Positions 9,536-20,725 of a stretch of 64,000 nucleotides of DNA are shown in pieces. The translations under genes were made by a program, and so were the position numbers. The DNA lies in NCBI GenBank assembly GCA_963703225.1, contig OY969801.1, forward strand, positions 192,001-256,000, in the 5' to 3' direction. Every line of letters begins with the position of its first letter. The first letter of the stretch is position 1. The DNA comes from Candidatus Eiseniibacteriota bacterium (GTDB taxonomy: Bacteria > Eisenbacteria > RBG-16-71-46 > SZUA-252). The notes under the pieces were generated by a model. It saw nothing but the letters and a program-made list of their open reading frames with translations, was not told where the DNA came from and did no database searches.

Positions 9536-10663
9536 TTGAAGCGAGCCGCACGGGTTCTCGCCATCGTGGTCGCCATCGTCCTCTCGATCTTCCTCATTCA
9601 ACGCACGATGTTTCGCGAGAAGGCGATCGCCATCGAGGCCGCGACGGCATCGGTCGGCCCGGTGGAGGACGTCGTCGTGAACTCCGAGGCCGGGACCGTG
9701 AAGACGCGCTCGCGCGCAACGCTAGGCGTGGAATCGGCGGGCCGGGTGGGCGAGATCCTCCGCCGGGAAGGAACGACCGCCAAGGCGGGTGAGGTGCTGC
9801 TTCGACTCGACCAGCGTACCGAGCGGACGCGGCTCTTGGCGGCGCGGCGCAATGTCGAGGTGACCCGCGCGGCCGCCGAAGCGGCGCGCGCCGCGTCCAC
9901 GTTGGCACAACAGGCCTTCGATCGTGTCGCGAGCCTTCACGAGAAGAGCCTTGCGTCCCAGGAGCAGCTCGACGAGGCGAAGGCGCACAGGGAAGGGGCC
10001 GACGCCGAAGCGCGCGCGGCTGATGCCCGCCGCAAGAGCGCCGATGCCGCCGTGCTACTCGCCGAGGACGACCTCACCCACGCTGAAATCCGCGCCCCGT
10101 TCGACGGCACTGTGTCGCATCGATACGTGGAGGTCGGCGAGCAGGTCATTCCTGGCCAAGCCCTCATCGAGCTTGTCAGCCTGAGCCGGCTCTACGTCAG
10201 CGCCCCGATCGACGAGCGGGATGCCGGTCGTCTCAAGGAAGGGCTCCCCGTCCGGATCACCATCGATACCTATCCCGGCATTACCTGGGAGAGCCAGCTG
10301 ACCCGGCTATCGCCCGTGGTGGAAGTGGCCAAGGAGCAGAACCGAACACAGGAGATCGAGGCCGATTTCCCGCCCGATCGATCGAAGCCGGAACCAAGTC
10401 CAGGGATGACCGCCGACGTGGAAATCGTGCTGGGCCGGCGGGAGGCCGTGCTGCGCATCCCGACCTTTTCCGTCATCGAAGGGAAGCGTGTCCTCGTGGC
10501 AGTGAACGGACGCGCCGTCTCGCGCGGCGTCCTCGTGGGCCTCCGCAGCTGGGAGTGGACCGAGGTGCGCTCGGGGCTCCGCGCGGGCGACCGCGTGATC
10601 ACGAGCCTCGACCGCGCTGGACTCAAGGATGGCGCGCGCGTCGTGGAGCAGGGCTCCCCATGA
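9536..10663 (+). CDS. MacA-like periplasmic adaptor (membrane fusion protein)
   Basis: N-terminal TM, helical hairpin, IRAPFDGTV lipoyl half, GLRAGDRVI. Confidence 0.9.
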   Translation: MKRAARVLAIVVAIVLSIFLIQRTMFREKAIAIEAATASVGPVEDVVVNSEAGTVKTRSRATLGVESAGRVGEILRREGTTAKAGEVLLRLDQRTERTRLLAARRNVEVTRAAAEAARAASTLAQQAFDRVASLHEKSLASQEQLDEAKAHREGADAEARAADARRKSADAAVLLAEDDLTHAEIRAPFDGTVSHRYVEVGEQVIPGQALIELVSLSRLYVSAPIDERDAGRLKEGLPVRITIDTYPGITWESQLTRLSPVVEVAKEQNRTQEIEADFPPDRSKPEPSPGMTADVEIVLGRREAVLRIPTFSVIEGKRVLVAVNGRAVSRGVLVGLRSWEWTEVRSGLRAGDRVITSLDRAGLKDGARVVEQGSP

Positions 10664-11394
10664 CCGAGGCGTCGGAGGCGGGCCACGCTTCGGCGAACCC
10701 GGAGGTGATCCGGCTCGAGAACGTATCCCGTGTGTACCCAGTCGGCGGGTCCGAAGTCCACGCGCTGGACGGCGTCTCGCTCCACATCCACCGTGGAGAC
10801 TTTGTCGCGCTGATGGGCCCGTCGGGCTCAGGGAAGTCGACACTTCTCAACGTCATCGGCTGCCTGGACACGCCCAGCGCGGGCTCCTACATTCTGGATG
10901 CCGAGCCGGTGCAGGGGCTCTCGGAATCGCGCCTTGCCGAGATTCGGCGGAAGAAGATCGGTTTCATCTTCCAGTCGTATCACCTTGTCCCGCGGATGAC
11001 CGCGCTCCGGAACGTGGAGCTCCCGCTGATCCTCGCCGGCGTCGATCCGGGTGAGCGCCGTGCGCGGGCTCGAGCCTCGCTCGACTCGGTTGGATTGGGG
11101 CACCGCACGAGCCACCGTCCCGACCAGCTCTCCGGCGGGGAGCGTCAACGCGTCGCGATCGCGCGCGCCATGGTCTCGAATCCGAAGATACTTCTTGCCG
11201 ATGAGCCGACTGGAAATCTCGACACCAAGACCGGCGAGGAGATTGTCGCGCTCTTGGAACGACTGAACCGGGACGGCCTGACGATCGTCCTGGTGACGCA
11301 CGATGCTCGGATCGCCGCGCACGCGAGCCGTCTGCTGCTTCTCCAAGACGGAAAGCTCACATCCGATACCCTGCCCCGAGCCGTGGCTCCATGA
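10660..11394 (+). CDS. MacB/LolD-type ABC ATP-binding protein
   Basis: GPSGSGKST, LSGGERQRVAIAR, LLADEPTGNLD; ATG 10660 overlaps the previous stop. Confidence 0.95.
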   Translation: MTEASEAGHASANPEVIRLENVSRVYPVGGSEVHALDGVSLHIHRGDFVALMGPSGSGKSTLLNVIGCLDTPSAGSYILDAEPVQGLSESRLAEIRRKKIGFIFQSYHLVPRMTALRNVELPLILAGVDPGERRARARASLDSVGLGHRTSHRPDQLSGGERQRVAIARAMVSNPKILLADEPTGNLDTKTGEEIVALLERLNRDGLTIVLVTHDARIAAHASRLLLLQDGKLTSDTLPRAVAP

Positions 11395-12593
11395 GGGTGC
11401 CCGATCTCGCGTTTCTCGCGATTGAATCCCTCCGGCTTCACCGAATTCGAACACTCCTCTCCCTCCTCGCGGTGGCGATCGGTGCGATCGCCGTGTTGCT
11501 CCTGACGGCCCTCGGCGACGCCGCCAAGTCCTACGTAGTCCGCCAGTTTGCTTCGATGGGCACCAACATCGTGGCCGTGCTTCCCGGCCACACGGAAACA
11601 TCGGGCATCGGGACGTCGCTCGGCGGGACCCGCAACCTGACGCTTGATGACGCCGAGGCGATTCGCCGGTCGGCGTCCGCGGCGCTTCAGGTTTCGGCGT
11701 TTTCGCTGGGCGCGGCGCCAGCCGAGTTCGAGCAACGGCACCGCGACATCTATGTCGTCGGCGCGATGGCGAATTACGCCGAGGTGCGCGACTTGAGATT
11801 GGCGGCGGGGCAATTCCTGCCTCAGGGCGATCCGCGTCGCGGAGCGCCGCTTGTGGTCTTGGGTTTCAAGCTCAAGCAGGAGCTGTTTGGCCCCCAGAAC
11901 GCGCTCGGCCAGAACGTTCGTATTGCCCAGGCCCGGCTCCGGGTGATCGGCGTTCTGGAGCCCAAAGGGCAGTCGCTGGGTGTCGATTTCGACGAGGTCG
12001 CGATCGTCCCGGTGGCAACCGGCATGCGGCTCTTCAACCAGTCGAGCCTCTTTCGAATCATGGTACAGGCCCGCGACGAGGGCTCGATCCCCGCGGTGGT
12101 CCGGCAGGTCCACGCCATCCTCGTCGATCGGCACAAGGACGAGGATTTCACGATCGTCACTCAGGACGCGATGCTCCAGAGCTTCCGCTCGATCATCAAC
12201 GCGTTAACGATCGCGCTCGCCGCGATCGCCGCGATTTCCCTCGCGGTCGCGGGAATCGGCATCATGAATGTGATGCTCGTGTCGGTGTCCGAGCGGGTGG
12301 CGGAGGTCGGCCTGCTCAAGGCGCTGGGCGGCGAGGGAAAGCAGATCGCTTCGTTGTTTCTGGCGGAGGCGCTGCTGCTCTCCGCCGCGGGCTCTTGCTC
12401 GGGTCTCCTTGTGGGGTTTGTCATCTTGAAGATCGCGTCTCGCGCCTTGCCTACCCTCATGCTGACGCCGAGCCCGCTTTGGTCCGCGGGAATCGTGGCC
12501 TTCGCGCTCCTCACCGGCGGCCTCTTCGGGCTCATACCGGCTCGCCGCGCTGCGCGGCTCCCAGCGGCCGAATCGCTTCGGGGAAAGCGATGA
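11391..12593 (+). CDS. MacB/FtsX-type ABC permease
   Basis: GIGIMNVMLVSVSERVAEVGLLKALG; PARRAARL. Confidence 0.93.
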   Translation: MRVPDLAFLAIESLRLHRIRTLLSLLAVAIGAIAVLLLTALGDAAKSYVVRQFASMGTNIVAVLPGHTETSGIGTSLGGTRNLTLDDAEAIRRSASAALQVSAFSLGAAPAEFEQRHRDIYVVGAMANYAEVRDLRLAAGQFLPQGDPRRGAPLVVLGFKLKQELFGPQNALGQNVRIAQARLRVIGVLEPKGQSLGVDFDEVAIVPVATGMRLFNQSSLFRIMVQARDEGSIPAVVRQVHAILVDRHKDEDFTIVTQDAMLQSFRSIINALTIALAAIAAISLAVAGIGIMNVMLVSVSERVAEVGLLKALGGEGKQIASLFLAEALLLSAAGSCSGLLVGFVILKIASRALPTLMLTPSPLWSAGIVAFALLTGGLFGLIPARRAARLPAAESLRGKR

Positions 12594-13792
12594 GGGTTCG
12601 AGACCTCGTGGGGCTCGCGGTGGAGGCGCTTCGGGCCCATCGGACCCGGTACGGCCTATCGGCGCTCGCGATCTCGGTCGGAGTGGCCGCGGTGGTCCTA
12701 CTCTCTTCGATCGGGGAGGGGGTACGCCGTTACATCGTCGACCAGGTGAGCAGTTTCGGCACCAACATCGTCGGCGTTCATCCCGGAAAGGTTACGACCG
12801 CGGGCATGCCGGGGAACGTCGGCGGAAGCGCGCGCAAGCTGACGATCGACGATGCGCGGATGCTTCGGCGCTTGCCTGGTGTCGCCGATGGGGTCGCGAC
12901 CGCCTACGGGACCGCGCTCGTCGAATTCGAGGACCGGTCGCGGAGGGTGGTCGTCTTCGGTGCGACCGGGCGGCTACCCAAAGTCTGGTCGATGCACGTG
13001 GCGACCGGCAGCTTCCTGCCCGATCTGGAGTGGGACCGCGCCTCTCCGGTCGTGGTGCTCGGCTCAAGACTCAAGACGGAGCTGTTCGGCGAAGCGAACG
13101 CGCTGGGTGCTGTGGTCCGGCTCGGTACCGCTCGCTTTCGCGTGGTCGGGCTGATGGAGCCGAGGGGGCAATACCTGACGCTCGACATGGATGACGTCGC
13201 CTACATTCCGGTCGTGAACGCGATGAGGCTCTTCAACAGGAGCGAGCTGTCGGAGGTGACCCTGCTCGCGACGTCCACCGCCGAGGTCGACGCGGTCGCC
13301 GAGAGAGCGCGCCTCTTGATGATCGACCGGCACGGAGGCGATGATGACGTCACGATCGTCTCGCAGAAGGACGCGATGCGAATGGTCAACGACATCATGC
13401 GGGTGATTTCGCTCACGGTGACCGCGATCGCGGCGATCAGCCTTCTGGTCGGGGCGATCGGGATCCTCACCATCCTCTGGATCGTCGTGAGGGAGCGGGT
13501 GCAGGAAATCGGCCTCGTGAAGGCGTTGGGCGCGACGCAGGGTCAGATTCTGGGGTGGTACCTCTGCGAGGCCGCACTCACCGCGGCCGTAGGTGGCGCC
13601 GGAGGGCTCTTGATCGGAGTGGGCGGTGCCGCGGCGCTCTCACGATTGGTTCCAGGGCTCTCCACGTTCACGCCGCTCGGGACTGTCGCGACGGCGCTTC
13701 TGATGGCGATCGGCGTCGGGGTCTTGGCCGGCGTTGCTCCGGCGATCCGCGCGTCGCGGCTCGACCCAGTGGAAGCGCTGAGGTCGGAGTGA
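12590..13792 (+). CDS. Second MacB/FtsX-type ABC permease
   Basis: ERVQEIGLVKALGA; PAIRASRLDPVEALRSE; ATG 12590 overlaps the previous stop. Confidence 0.93.
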   Translation: MRVRDLVGLAVEALRAHRTRYGLSALAISVGVAAVVLLSSIGEGVRRYIVDQVSSFGTNIVGVHPGKVTTAGMPGNVGGSARKLTIDDARMLRRLPGVADGVATAYGTALVEFEDRSRRVVVFGATGRLPKVWSMHVATGSFLPDLEWDRASPVVVLGSRLKTELFGEANALGAVVRLGTARFRVVGLMEPRGQYLTLDMDDVAYIPVVNAMRLFNRSELSEVTLLATSTAEVDAVAERARLLMIDRHGGDDDVTIVSQKDAMRMVNDIMRVISLTVTAIAAISLLVGAIGILTILWIVVRERVQEIGLVKALGATQGQILGWYLCEAALTAAVGGAGGLLIGVGGAAALSRLVPGLSTFTPLGTVATALLMAIGVGVLAGVAPAIRASRLDPVEALRSE

Positions 13793-13829
13793 TCGGCTCC
13801 CTCGTCCGGCGAAGCGTATTGCGCCGGGA

Positions 13830-16223
13830 CTAGCGCCGCCCTCCCGGCGCCGGCTTCTCCGCACCAGCCTTCTTCATCGTTTCCTCAATCCGCGCGACCT
13901 CTTGGAGCAAGAGCTTTGCCTGCGCGGGATCGCGGGTGAGGCTTGCCGCCTCGCGGATCGCCGCCGCCCCACGCTCCGGCTGGTGGAGCTTGGTGACCAG
14001 GATGACCCCCATGCTCTGACGCGCCAAGCCGCGGTCGGGATGGTCGACCGGGACCCGCTGCAGCGCGCCGACGGCCTCTTCGTAGCGCCCCAGGGCGCTC
14101 AGCGCCGCGCCCACGTTGAGAAGTATCTTTGGATTGAACGAGATCTGATAGGCCGCCATGAATTCATCCAGCGATTCCTCCGTGCGTCCCAATTCCTGAA
14201 GCGCCATGGCCCGATAGACGTGGAGATTCTCCTCGCGCGGCGCCTCCGCGATGCCCACCTTCGCCGCCGCCTCCGCGGGCTCGAACGCGTGGAGATTGAG
14301 GAACGCGAAGGCGAGGACCGCGTGAAGCCGGGGATTCAATCGCTTGGCATTGACCCTGAGCCCCCGGTTGGCCCACTCGATCGCGCGGTCGAACTCGTCC
14401 AGCTTCCCGAAGACCGTCGCGTAGTCGAGGCACCAGAGCGCGACCCGGCTCACCGTGCTGGGGGTGGGCATGGCCGCGGCGAACAGGCTATCCCGCTCCG
14501 CCATCGTGCTGATCGCCGCTGGCACGCGGCGAACCTCGATGGGCGGGCCCGAGGAATTGTGCGCCTCGGTCTGCCAGACGACGGAGGTGTGGGCCCGGAT
14601 CCAACGGTAGTAGGCCGACTCGATGGGGTATGCAGCCGAGTCAGCGTCAAAGCGCCGCGAGACCTCGCGAGAGAGAACGTAGTACTCCAATCCGTCGAGG
14701 AACTCCGGATGGTAGGCGCACCGCACCAGCGGCACTTGGGTGGCGAAGAAGGGCCAGATCAACATGGCCCGCTCTTCCGGTACGAAGATCGGGCCGTAGA
14801 GCTCGACCGCCATGGCGTGGTCGGGCTGGATGTTCGCGTTGATCCAGGCCCGCGCGAGGTGGCGCGTGTCGGGGAGGCTGAGGGTCTTCCGGGTTTCCAG
14901 AAACTCCGGCAGCGGCCACGCGAGCGCGAGCGCCCCCAGGAGTGCCGGTGCGAGGGTCATCGCGCGCGCCCGCAAGAAGCCCCGCTCCTTCAGCCACTCC
15001 GCCGCATGGAGCAGGGCCACCACCGTGCCGAAGAAGAGAATCGGGAGCGCGACGAGCATGTAGCGCTCCTGGGCCGCCTTGAGCGCACCGTTGGCGAGCA
15101 CCATGACGGCGGGAATGAGGAGCACGGGCCGTCCCGTCGGGAATTTTCGCCACGCGATCCACATCCCCACGAGCGCCAGAAGGTAGGCGGGCCAGCCCAT
15201 CGCGTGCGGCAGCGAGACCGCCAAATAGGTCGGAAGCGAGAACGGGAACGCCGTCTGACCCACCCAATCGGACAAGAGGGCCCGTCGCTGCGTCGTCAGA
15301 TCCAGGAAGGTGGTCTTCCAGTCCAAGAAGGTGAAGGGGGAGCCGGCGAACATCGCGACGGCGATCGCGAGGAGCGCCAGCGCGAAGCCCCGACTCTTGT
15401 AGAAATCGCGCCCGTGGGCCACGGCGAGCGGCACGACCAGGACGAGAGGCACGTACTTGCACGCGGCGGCCAACCCGATCATCGCTCCCGCGATGATCGA
15501 GTCGCGCGTTTTGCCCCGCTCGGCGACGCTCGTCATCGCGAGCGCCGCGAAAAGAACAAAGAGGAGCGCGAGCAAGTTGGGATCGGCGATGTGCTGCGAG
15601 GTCATCACGTGGAGCGGATTCATCGCGACCAGGAGCCCGGTTCCAAGACCCGCCACGCGGCCGCCGAGGCGAGAGCCGAGCCGGAAGGCGAGAAAGACGG
15701 TCCAGACCCCGATCAGCGCGCTCAAGACTCGCCCGTAGAGGAACATCCAGTTCGAACCCGTGTTGACCTGTGCCGCGAACGCCGCGGGCGTCGTGCCGGG
15801 GTGGGTGGCGGTGTAGTAGGCCTTGTAGCTCACCTGGATACCGAGCCCGACGTAGAAGCTCAAGCCCGGCCATCCGCCCGTGTGGGGATTGAGATCGAGA
15901 TCCTTGGTCCCGCCCATCCACATCTGCCACGCGCGGCCCATCGTCGTGCGGTCGGTCTCCTCGACCGCGGAATCGTCGAGCACGTTGATACCGAGGGTCG
16001 GATCGGGGAGGCGGTCGCCGATGCCCCAGAGGCGAATCGCGAGCGCGAGCGCCAGGAGGGCCGCGGCGAGCGGGTCCCAGCGCGCCGGGGCGTGCCGAGC
16101 GGCCCCGGTGCCGGCGTCGCCTTTGGAGGTACGGGGCGCGCCGCCGGGAGCGATGCCCCGCGCCCCCTGAGATCGGGGCTTGTTCCCTTTGGCCGATGGA
16201 AGATTGCGGCGTTTCTTCGCCAT
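13830..16223 (-). CDS. GT-C (PMT/GT39/ArnT-like) membrane glycosyltransferase with C-terminal TPRs
   Basis: LALAIRLWG, acidic first loop (EETD), multiple TMs, GLAAACKY, C-terminal TPR helices. Confidence 0.82.
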   Translation of the reverse strand: MAKKRRNLPSAKGNKPRSQGARGIAPGGAPRTSKGDAGTGAARHAPARWDPLAAALLALALAIRLWGIGDRLPDPTLGINVLDDSAVEETDRTTMGRAWQMWMGGTKDLDLNPHTGGWPGLSFYVGLGIQVSYKAYYTATHPGTTPAAFAAQVNTGSNWMFLYGRVLSALIGVWTVFLAFRLGSRLGGRVAGLGTGLLVAMNPLHVMTSQHIADPNLLALLFVLFAALAMTSVAERGKTRDSIIAGAMIGLAAACKYVPLVLVVPLAVAHGRDFYKSRGFALALLAIAVAMFAGSPFTFLDWKTTFLDLTTQRRALLSDWVGQTAFPFSLPTYLAVSLPHAMGWPAYLLALVGMWIAWRKFPTGRPVLLIPAVMVLANGALKAAQERYMLVALPILFFGTVVALLHAAEWLKERGFLRARAMTLAPALLGALALAWPLPEFLETRKTLSLPDTRHLARAWINANIQPDHAMAVELYGPIFVPEERAMLIWPFFATQVPLVRCAYHPEFLDGLEYYVLSREVSRRFDADSAAYPIESAYYRWIRAHTSVVWQTEAHNSSGPPIEVRRVPAAISTMAERDSLFAAAMPTPSTVSRVALWCLDYATVFGKLDEFDRAIEWANRGLRVNAKRLNPRLHAVLAFAFLNLHAFEPAEAAAKVGIAEAPREENLHVYRAMALQELGRTEESLDEFMAAYQISFNPKILLNVGAALSALGRYEEAVGALQRVPVDHPDRGLARQSMGVILVTKLHQPERGAAAIREAASLTRDPAQAKLLLQEVARIEETMKKAGAEKPAPGGRR

Positions 16224-16242
16224 AGGTGGGCGTGCCCCGGCG

Positions 16243-16272
16243 AGTCTAGCGGGATTGACGCGCGGGAGTCAA
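16243..16272 (-). promoter_or_regulatory. Sigma-70-like promoter of the glycosyltransferase gene
   Basis: Minus strand TTGACT-N18-TAGACT, ending 20 nt before ATG 16223. Confidence 0.55.
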
Positions 16273-16306
16273 AAGCGAAGCCGAACGATATATACTCCGC
16301 GCTCCC

Positions 16307-17498
16307 ATGCTCAAGACCTCTCCCTTCCATCCCCGCACTTCGGCGCTCGTCCGCGCCCAGACGTGGCGCCGTTGGGCCGGCTACCAGATGGCGAGCGCCT
16401 ACGACCCGCATCCCGACCGCGAGTACGCGGCCATCCGGAGCGCGGCCGCGCTCATCGACGTCTCGCCGCTCTACAAGTACCGGATCACCGGGCAAGGACG
16501 CCGCGCGCCTTCTGGACCGGATGATCACCCGCGACATGACCAAGCTGAAGCCCGGGCAGGTCTACTACACGCCCTGGTGCGACGCCGCCGGCAAGGTGAT
16601 CGACGACGGCACGGTGAGCCGGCTGGACGAGCGCACGTACCGGCTCACGAGCGCCGATTCCTCGCTCCGCTGGCTCCAGATGAACGCGGTGGGGATGGAG
16701 GTCGGGATCGAGGACATCTCGGAGCGGGTCGCCGCGCTCTCGCTTCAGGGCCCTCTGTCGCGCGCGATGCTCGCGCCGCACGACGCCGGCGGATCTCGCG
16801 GGGCTCAAGTACTTCCGACTGGTCGACGACCACGGTGCGCGACATCCCCGTCACGATCTCGCGCACCGGCTACACCGGCGATCTCGGCTACGAGATCTGG
16901 GTCGACGCGGACCGCGCGGTGGCGCTCTGGGACGCGCTGATCGAGGCGGGCAAGCCGTACGGCATCGACGCCGGCGGGCATCTGGGCGCTGGACGTCGCG
17001 CGGATCGAGGCCGGGCTCATCATGCTCGACGTCGATTACTTCTCCTCGCACCACGCGTTGATCGAGGAGCGGAAATCCTCGCCCTACGAGATCAACCTCG
17101 GCTGGGCGGTGAGCGCCGGCAAGGGACCGTTCAACGGCCGCCGCGCGCTCGCCGCCGAGCGGGAGCGCGGCGCCGGCCTGGGGCTTCGTCGGGCTCGAGG
17201 TCGACTGGGATTCGTTCGAGCGCTCTACGCGGCGCGGCACCTGCCGCCCCATGTCTCGAACATCGCGTGGCGGACCAGCGCGCCGGTCTACCGGGAGGGT
17301 CGGCAGGTCGGCTACGCCACGAGCGGCTGCTGGTCGCCGCTGCTCAAGAAGTCCCTCGCGCTCGCGCATCTGCAGGCGCCGCACTTCGAGCCCGGCACCC
17401 CGGTCAAGCTCGAGGTCACCGTCGAGCACCGCCGCGAGCAGGCCGACGCCGTGGTGCGAAAGCTCCCGTTCTTCGACCCCGAGCGGAAGAAGGCATGA
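16307..17498 (+). CDS. GcvT-family aminomethyltransferase (several apparent indels)
   Basis: REYAAIRSAAALIDVSPLYKY, ISRTGYTGDLGYEIW, RIEAG, GYATSGCWSP, LPFFDPERKKA spread over shifting frames. Confidence 0.88.
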
Positions 17499-19083
17499 GC
17501 GCTCGCTACGACGCGATCATCATCGGCGGCGGGCACAACGGCCTCGTCGCCGCGGCGTACCTGGCGCGCGCGGGCCGCACGCACGCTGGTGCTCGAGCAG
17601 CGGCCCGCTCGTCGGCGGCGCGGCCGTGACCGAGGAGGTCTTCCCGGGCTTCAAGTTCTCGGTCTTCTCCTACGTGGTGAGCCTGCTCCGGCCCGAGATC
17701 ATCCGCGACCTCGACCTGCCGCGGCACGGCCTCCAGATCCTGCCGCTCGAGAGCACGGTCACGCCGCTCGACAACGGCGACTACCTGGCCTCCTGGGCCG
17801 ATCCCGACGAGACGCGCCGCGAGCTGTGCCGCCATTCGCCGCGCGACGCCGACGCCGCCGTCCGTCTTCGGCCGGCTGATGCACCACATGGCGATGGCGG
17901 TGAAGCCGATCCTCGGCATGGTGCCGCCCGATCCCACGTCGCTCTCGCCGGCGGACCTCGCGGGGCTGCTCAAGCTGGGCGGCCACTTCCGCTCGCTCGG
18001 CGCCGAGCGCTTCCACGCGCTCCACAAGCTGATGACCATGAGCAGCGCGGACTACCTCGACGAGTGGTTCGAGTTCGATCCGCTCAAGGCGACGCAAGTC
18101 GGCGAGCGGCATCATCGGCACGTTCCTGGGGCCGCGCTCGCCCGGCTCGGCCTACGTGCTGCTCCACCACTACATGGGCGAGATCGACGGCGCGTTCCGC
18201 GCGTGGGGGTTCCAGAAGGGCGGCACCGGCGCGATCAGCGACGCCATCGCGCGGCGCGGCGCGCGCGCACGGCGCCGAGATCCGCACCGACGCGGCGGTC
18301 GAGCGGGTGATCGTGCAGGACGGCCGCGCCACCGGCGTGGCGCTCGACGAGCGGCGAGGAGATCGCGGCGAGCATCGTGGTCTCGGGGCTCGATCCGCGG
18401 CTCACGTTCACCCGGCTCGTCGATCCGAAGGAGCTTCCCGGCGACCGTGGTCGAGGGCGTGCGCCGGTACAAGTTCCGCGGCTCGTCGGGGAAGGTGAAC
18501 CTCGCGCTCTCGGGGCTGCCCAACTTCACCTGCCTGCCGGGCGAGGGGCCGCACCTGCGCGGCGCGATCTCGATCAGCCCGAGCCTCGAGTACCTCGAGC
18601 GCGCCTACGACGACGCCAAGTACGGCGAGTTCTCGCAGCATCCCTACATGGACATCGTGATCCCATCGATGATCGATCCCGACATGGCGCCGCCCGGCAA
18701 GCACGTGATGAGCATCTTCGTCCAGTACGCGCCGTATCACGTTGAACGGCGGCTGGACCGACGCGAAGCGCGAGGCGTTCGGCGACGCGGTGGTCAAGAC
18801 GCTGGCGCGCTACGCGCCCAACATCGAATCGCTGATCCTCCACCGCCAGGTGATCACCCCGCACGACATCGAGCGGATGACCGGCCTCTCGGAGGGGAAC
18901 ATCTTCCAGGGCGAGCTGGCGCTCCAGCAGCTCTTCTTCCTGCGCCCGGTTCCGGAGTGGGCGAAGTACCGGACGCCGATCCGCGGCTACTGGCAGTGCG
19001 GCGCGGGGACGCATCCGGGCGGCGGCATCATGGGCGCCTCCGGCCGGCTCGCGGCGCTCGAGATCTTGAAGGCGACGGCGTGA
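17495..19083 (+). CDS. Phytoene-dehydrogenase-like FAD oxidoreductase (several apparent indels)
   Basis: YDAIIIGGGHNGLVAAAYLARAG; C-terminal GNIFQGEL...YRTPIRGYWQCGAGTHPGGGIMGASG. Confidence 0.88.
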
Positions 19084-19120
19084 CGCGGAGCGCGCGAGGC
19101 ATGGCCCGCAGAGGGGCTCG

Positions 19121-20725
19121 ATGAGCGGCGCGGCCTTCGACGTCGTCGTGATCGGCGGCGGAGCCAACGGCCTCGTGGCCGCGACTCGCCTGGGCAAGGC
19201 GGGGCTTCGCGTGCTCCTCCTCGAGGGCGGCGAATCGCTCGGCGGCCAGGGCCGTGTGGTCGAGTTCGCGCCCGGCTTCCGCGCCGCGCCGCTCGGCACC
19301 GATCCAGGCTGGCTCCCGCCCTCGATCGCACGCGGGCTTGGCCTTGAGGGCTTCGAGCGCGGCGTCCGTCGATCCCGCGGTCACCGTGATCACCGAATCG
19401 GGCGCGGCACTCACCCTCCCGTGCGACGCGAAGAGGGCCGCGGAGGCGATCCGACCCCACTCGGCGGCTGACGCGGCCAAGTGGCCCGAGTTCACCGCGC
19501 GACTTCGCGCGCTCGCGGGATTCCTCGAGACGCTCTACCAGACGCCGGCGCCCGACGTCGACGCTTCCTCGCCGGACGAGCTCCTCGCGATGCTCGCAGC
19601 TCGGCCGGAAGTACCGCGCCCTCGGCCACGTGAACATGATCGAGTTCCTGCGCACGCTGCCGCTCTCGGTCTGGGAGCTGCTCGACGATTGGTTCGAGTC
19701 CGGCTCGCTCAAGGCCGCGGTGGCGCCCGGTGGCATTCAGGATCACCAGCAAGGGCCGCGGTCGGGAGGAACTGGATTCGTTCTGCTTCATCACCTCGTC
19801 GGCGCGCCGGCGGGCTCGGTGCGCGGGCGGGTGCCCTGGCGCCAAGGCCCCGGCGCCTTCACGGCCGCCGCGGAGCGCGCGGCGCGCGCGGCCCGCGTGA
19901 CGATTCGAACGGGCGCCTCGGTCGTCCGGGTCCAGGTCCAGGACGACGCGGTCGCGGGTGTGGTGCTTCAGGGTGGGGAAGAGATCGCCGCCTGCTACGT
20001 TCTCTCGACCGCGAATCCTGCGCGCACGATGCTCGAATGGATCGACCCGGTCTGGCTCGATCCCGAGTTCATGGCCGCGATCGGGAACATCCGCTTCCGC
20101 GGCTGCACCGCGATCGTGTGCTACGCGCTCGACGCGCTCCCCGCGGTGCGCGGGATCGCATCGGCGGACGCGCTCGCGGGCACCGTGTCGCTGACCCCAA
20201 GCGTCGTCGCGCTGGAGAAGGCGGCCGATGCGGCCAAGTACGGCACGGTCTCCGAGCGGCCGCACGTGGAGTTCACGGTTCCAAGCGGAATCTGGCCCGA
20301 TCTGGCCCCCCAGGGGAAGCACGTCCTGGTCGCGCGCGCCCAGTACGCGCCGTACCGGCTGCGCGATGGGACGTCGTGGGATGACGCCAGGCGGGAGGCG
20401 CTCGCGGACGTCGTTACCGCGGCGATCGAAGCAGCCGCGCCGGGATTCCGCTCCCGCGTGCTCCATCGGGTCGCGTGGTCGCCGCTCGATCTCGAGACGC
20501 AATTCGGATTGCGCGAAGGGGCGGCTTCCCAGGGCGAGCTGGGGCTGGATCAGATACTCTTCATGCGGCCGGTCGCCGGGCTGGGGACGCCACTCCACGC
20601 CGATCGCTGGCCTCTACCTGGGCGGCGCTGGGTCCCACCCCGGACCGGGCGTGCTCGGCGGCGCGGGATGGCTCGCCGCCATGCGCCTCATCGACGACCG
20701 GAAGCGAAGCCAGAGGATCTCGTGA
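19121..20725 (+). CDS. Second phytoene-dehydrogenase-like FAD oxidoreductase (apparent indels)
   Basis: DVVVIGGGANGLVAA; C-terminal TPIAGLYLGGAGSHPGPGVLGGAG in a shifted frame ending at TGA 20725. Confidence 0.85.

Noticed and set aside
16255..16272. TTGAC-N8-GTCAA as a transcription-factor operator
   Set aside because: One arm is the -35 of the minus-strand promoter and the spacing does not fit FNR/CRP; an operator role cannot be supported.
13902..16940. Long antisense and alternative-frame ORFs (e.g. 13902-16940, 45461-47776, 57647-59983, 41933-43699)
   Set aside because: Shadow ORFs expected at high GC opposite well-supported genes; no motifs.
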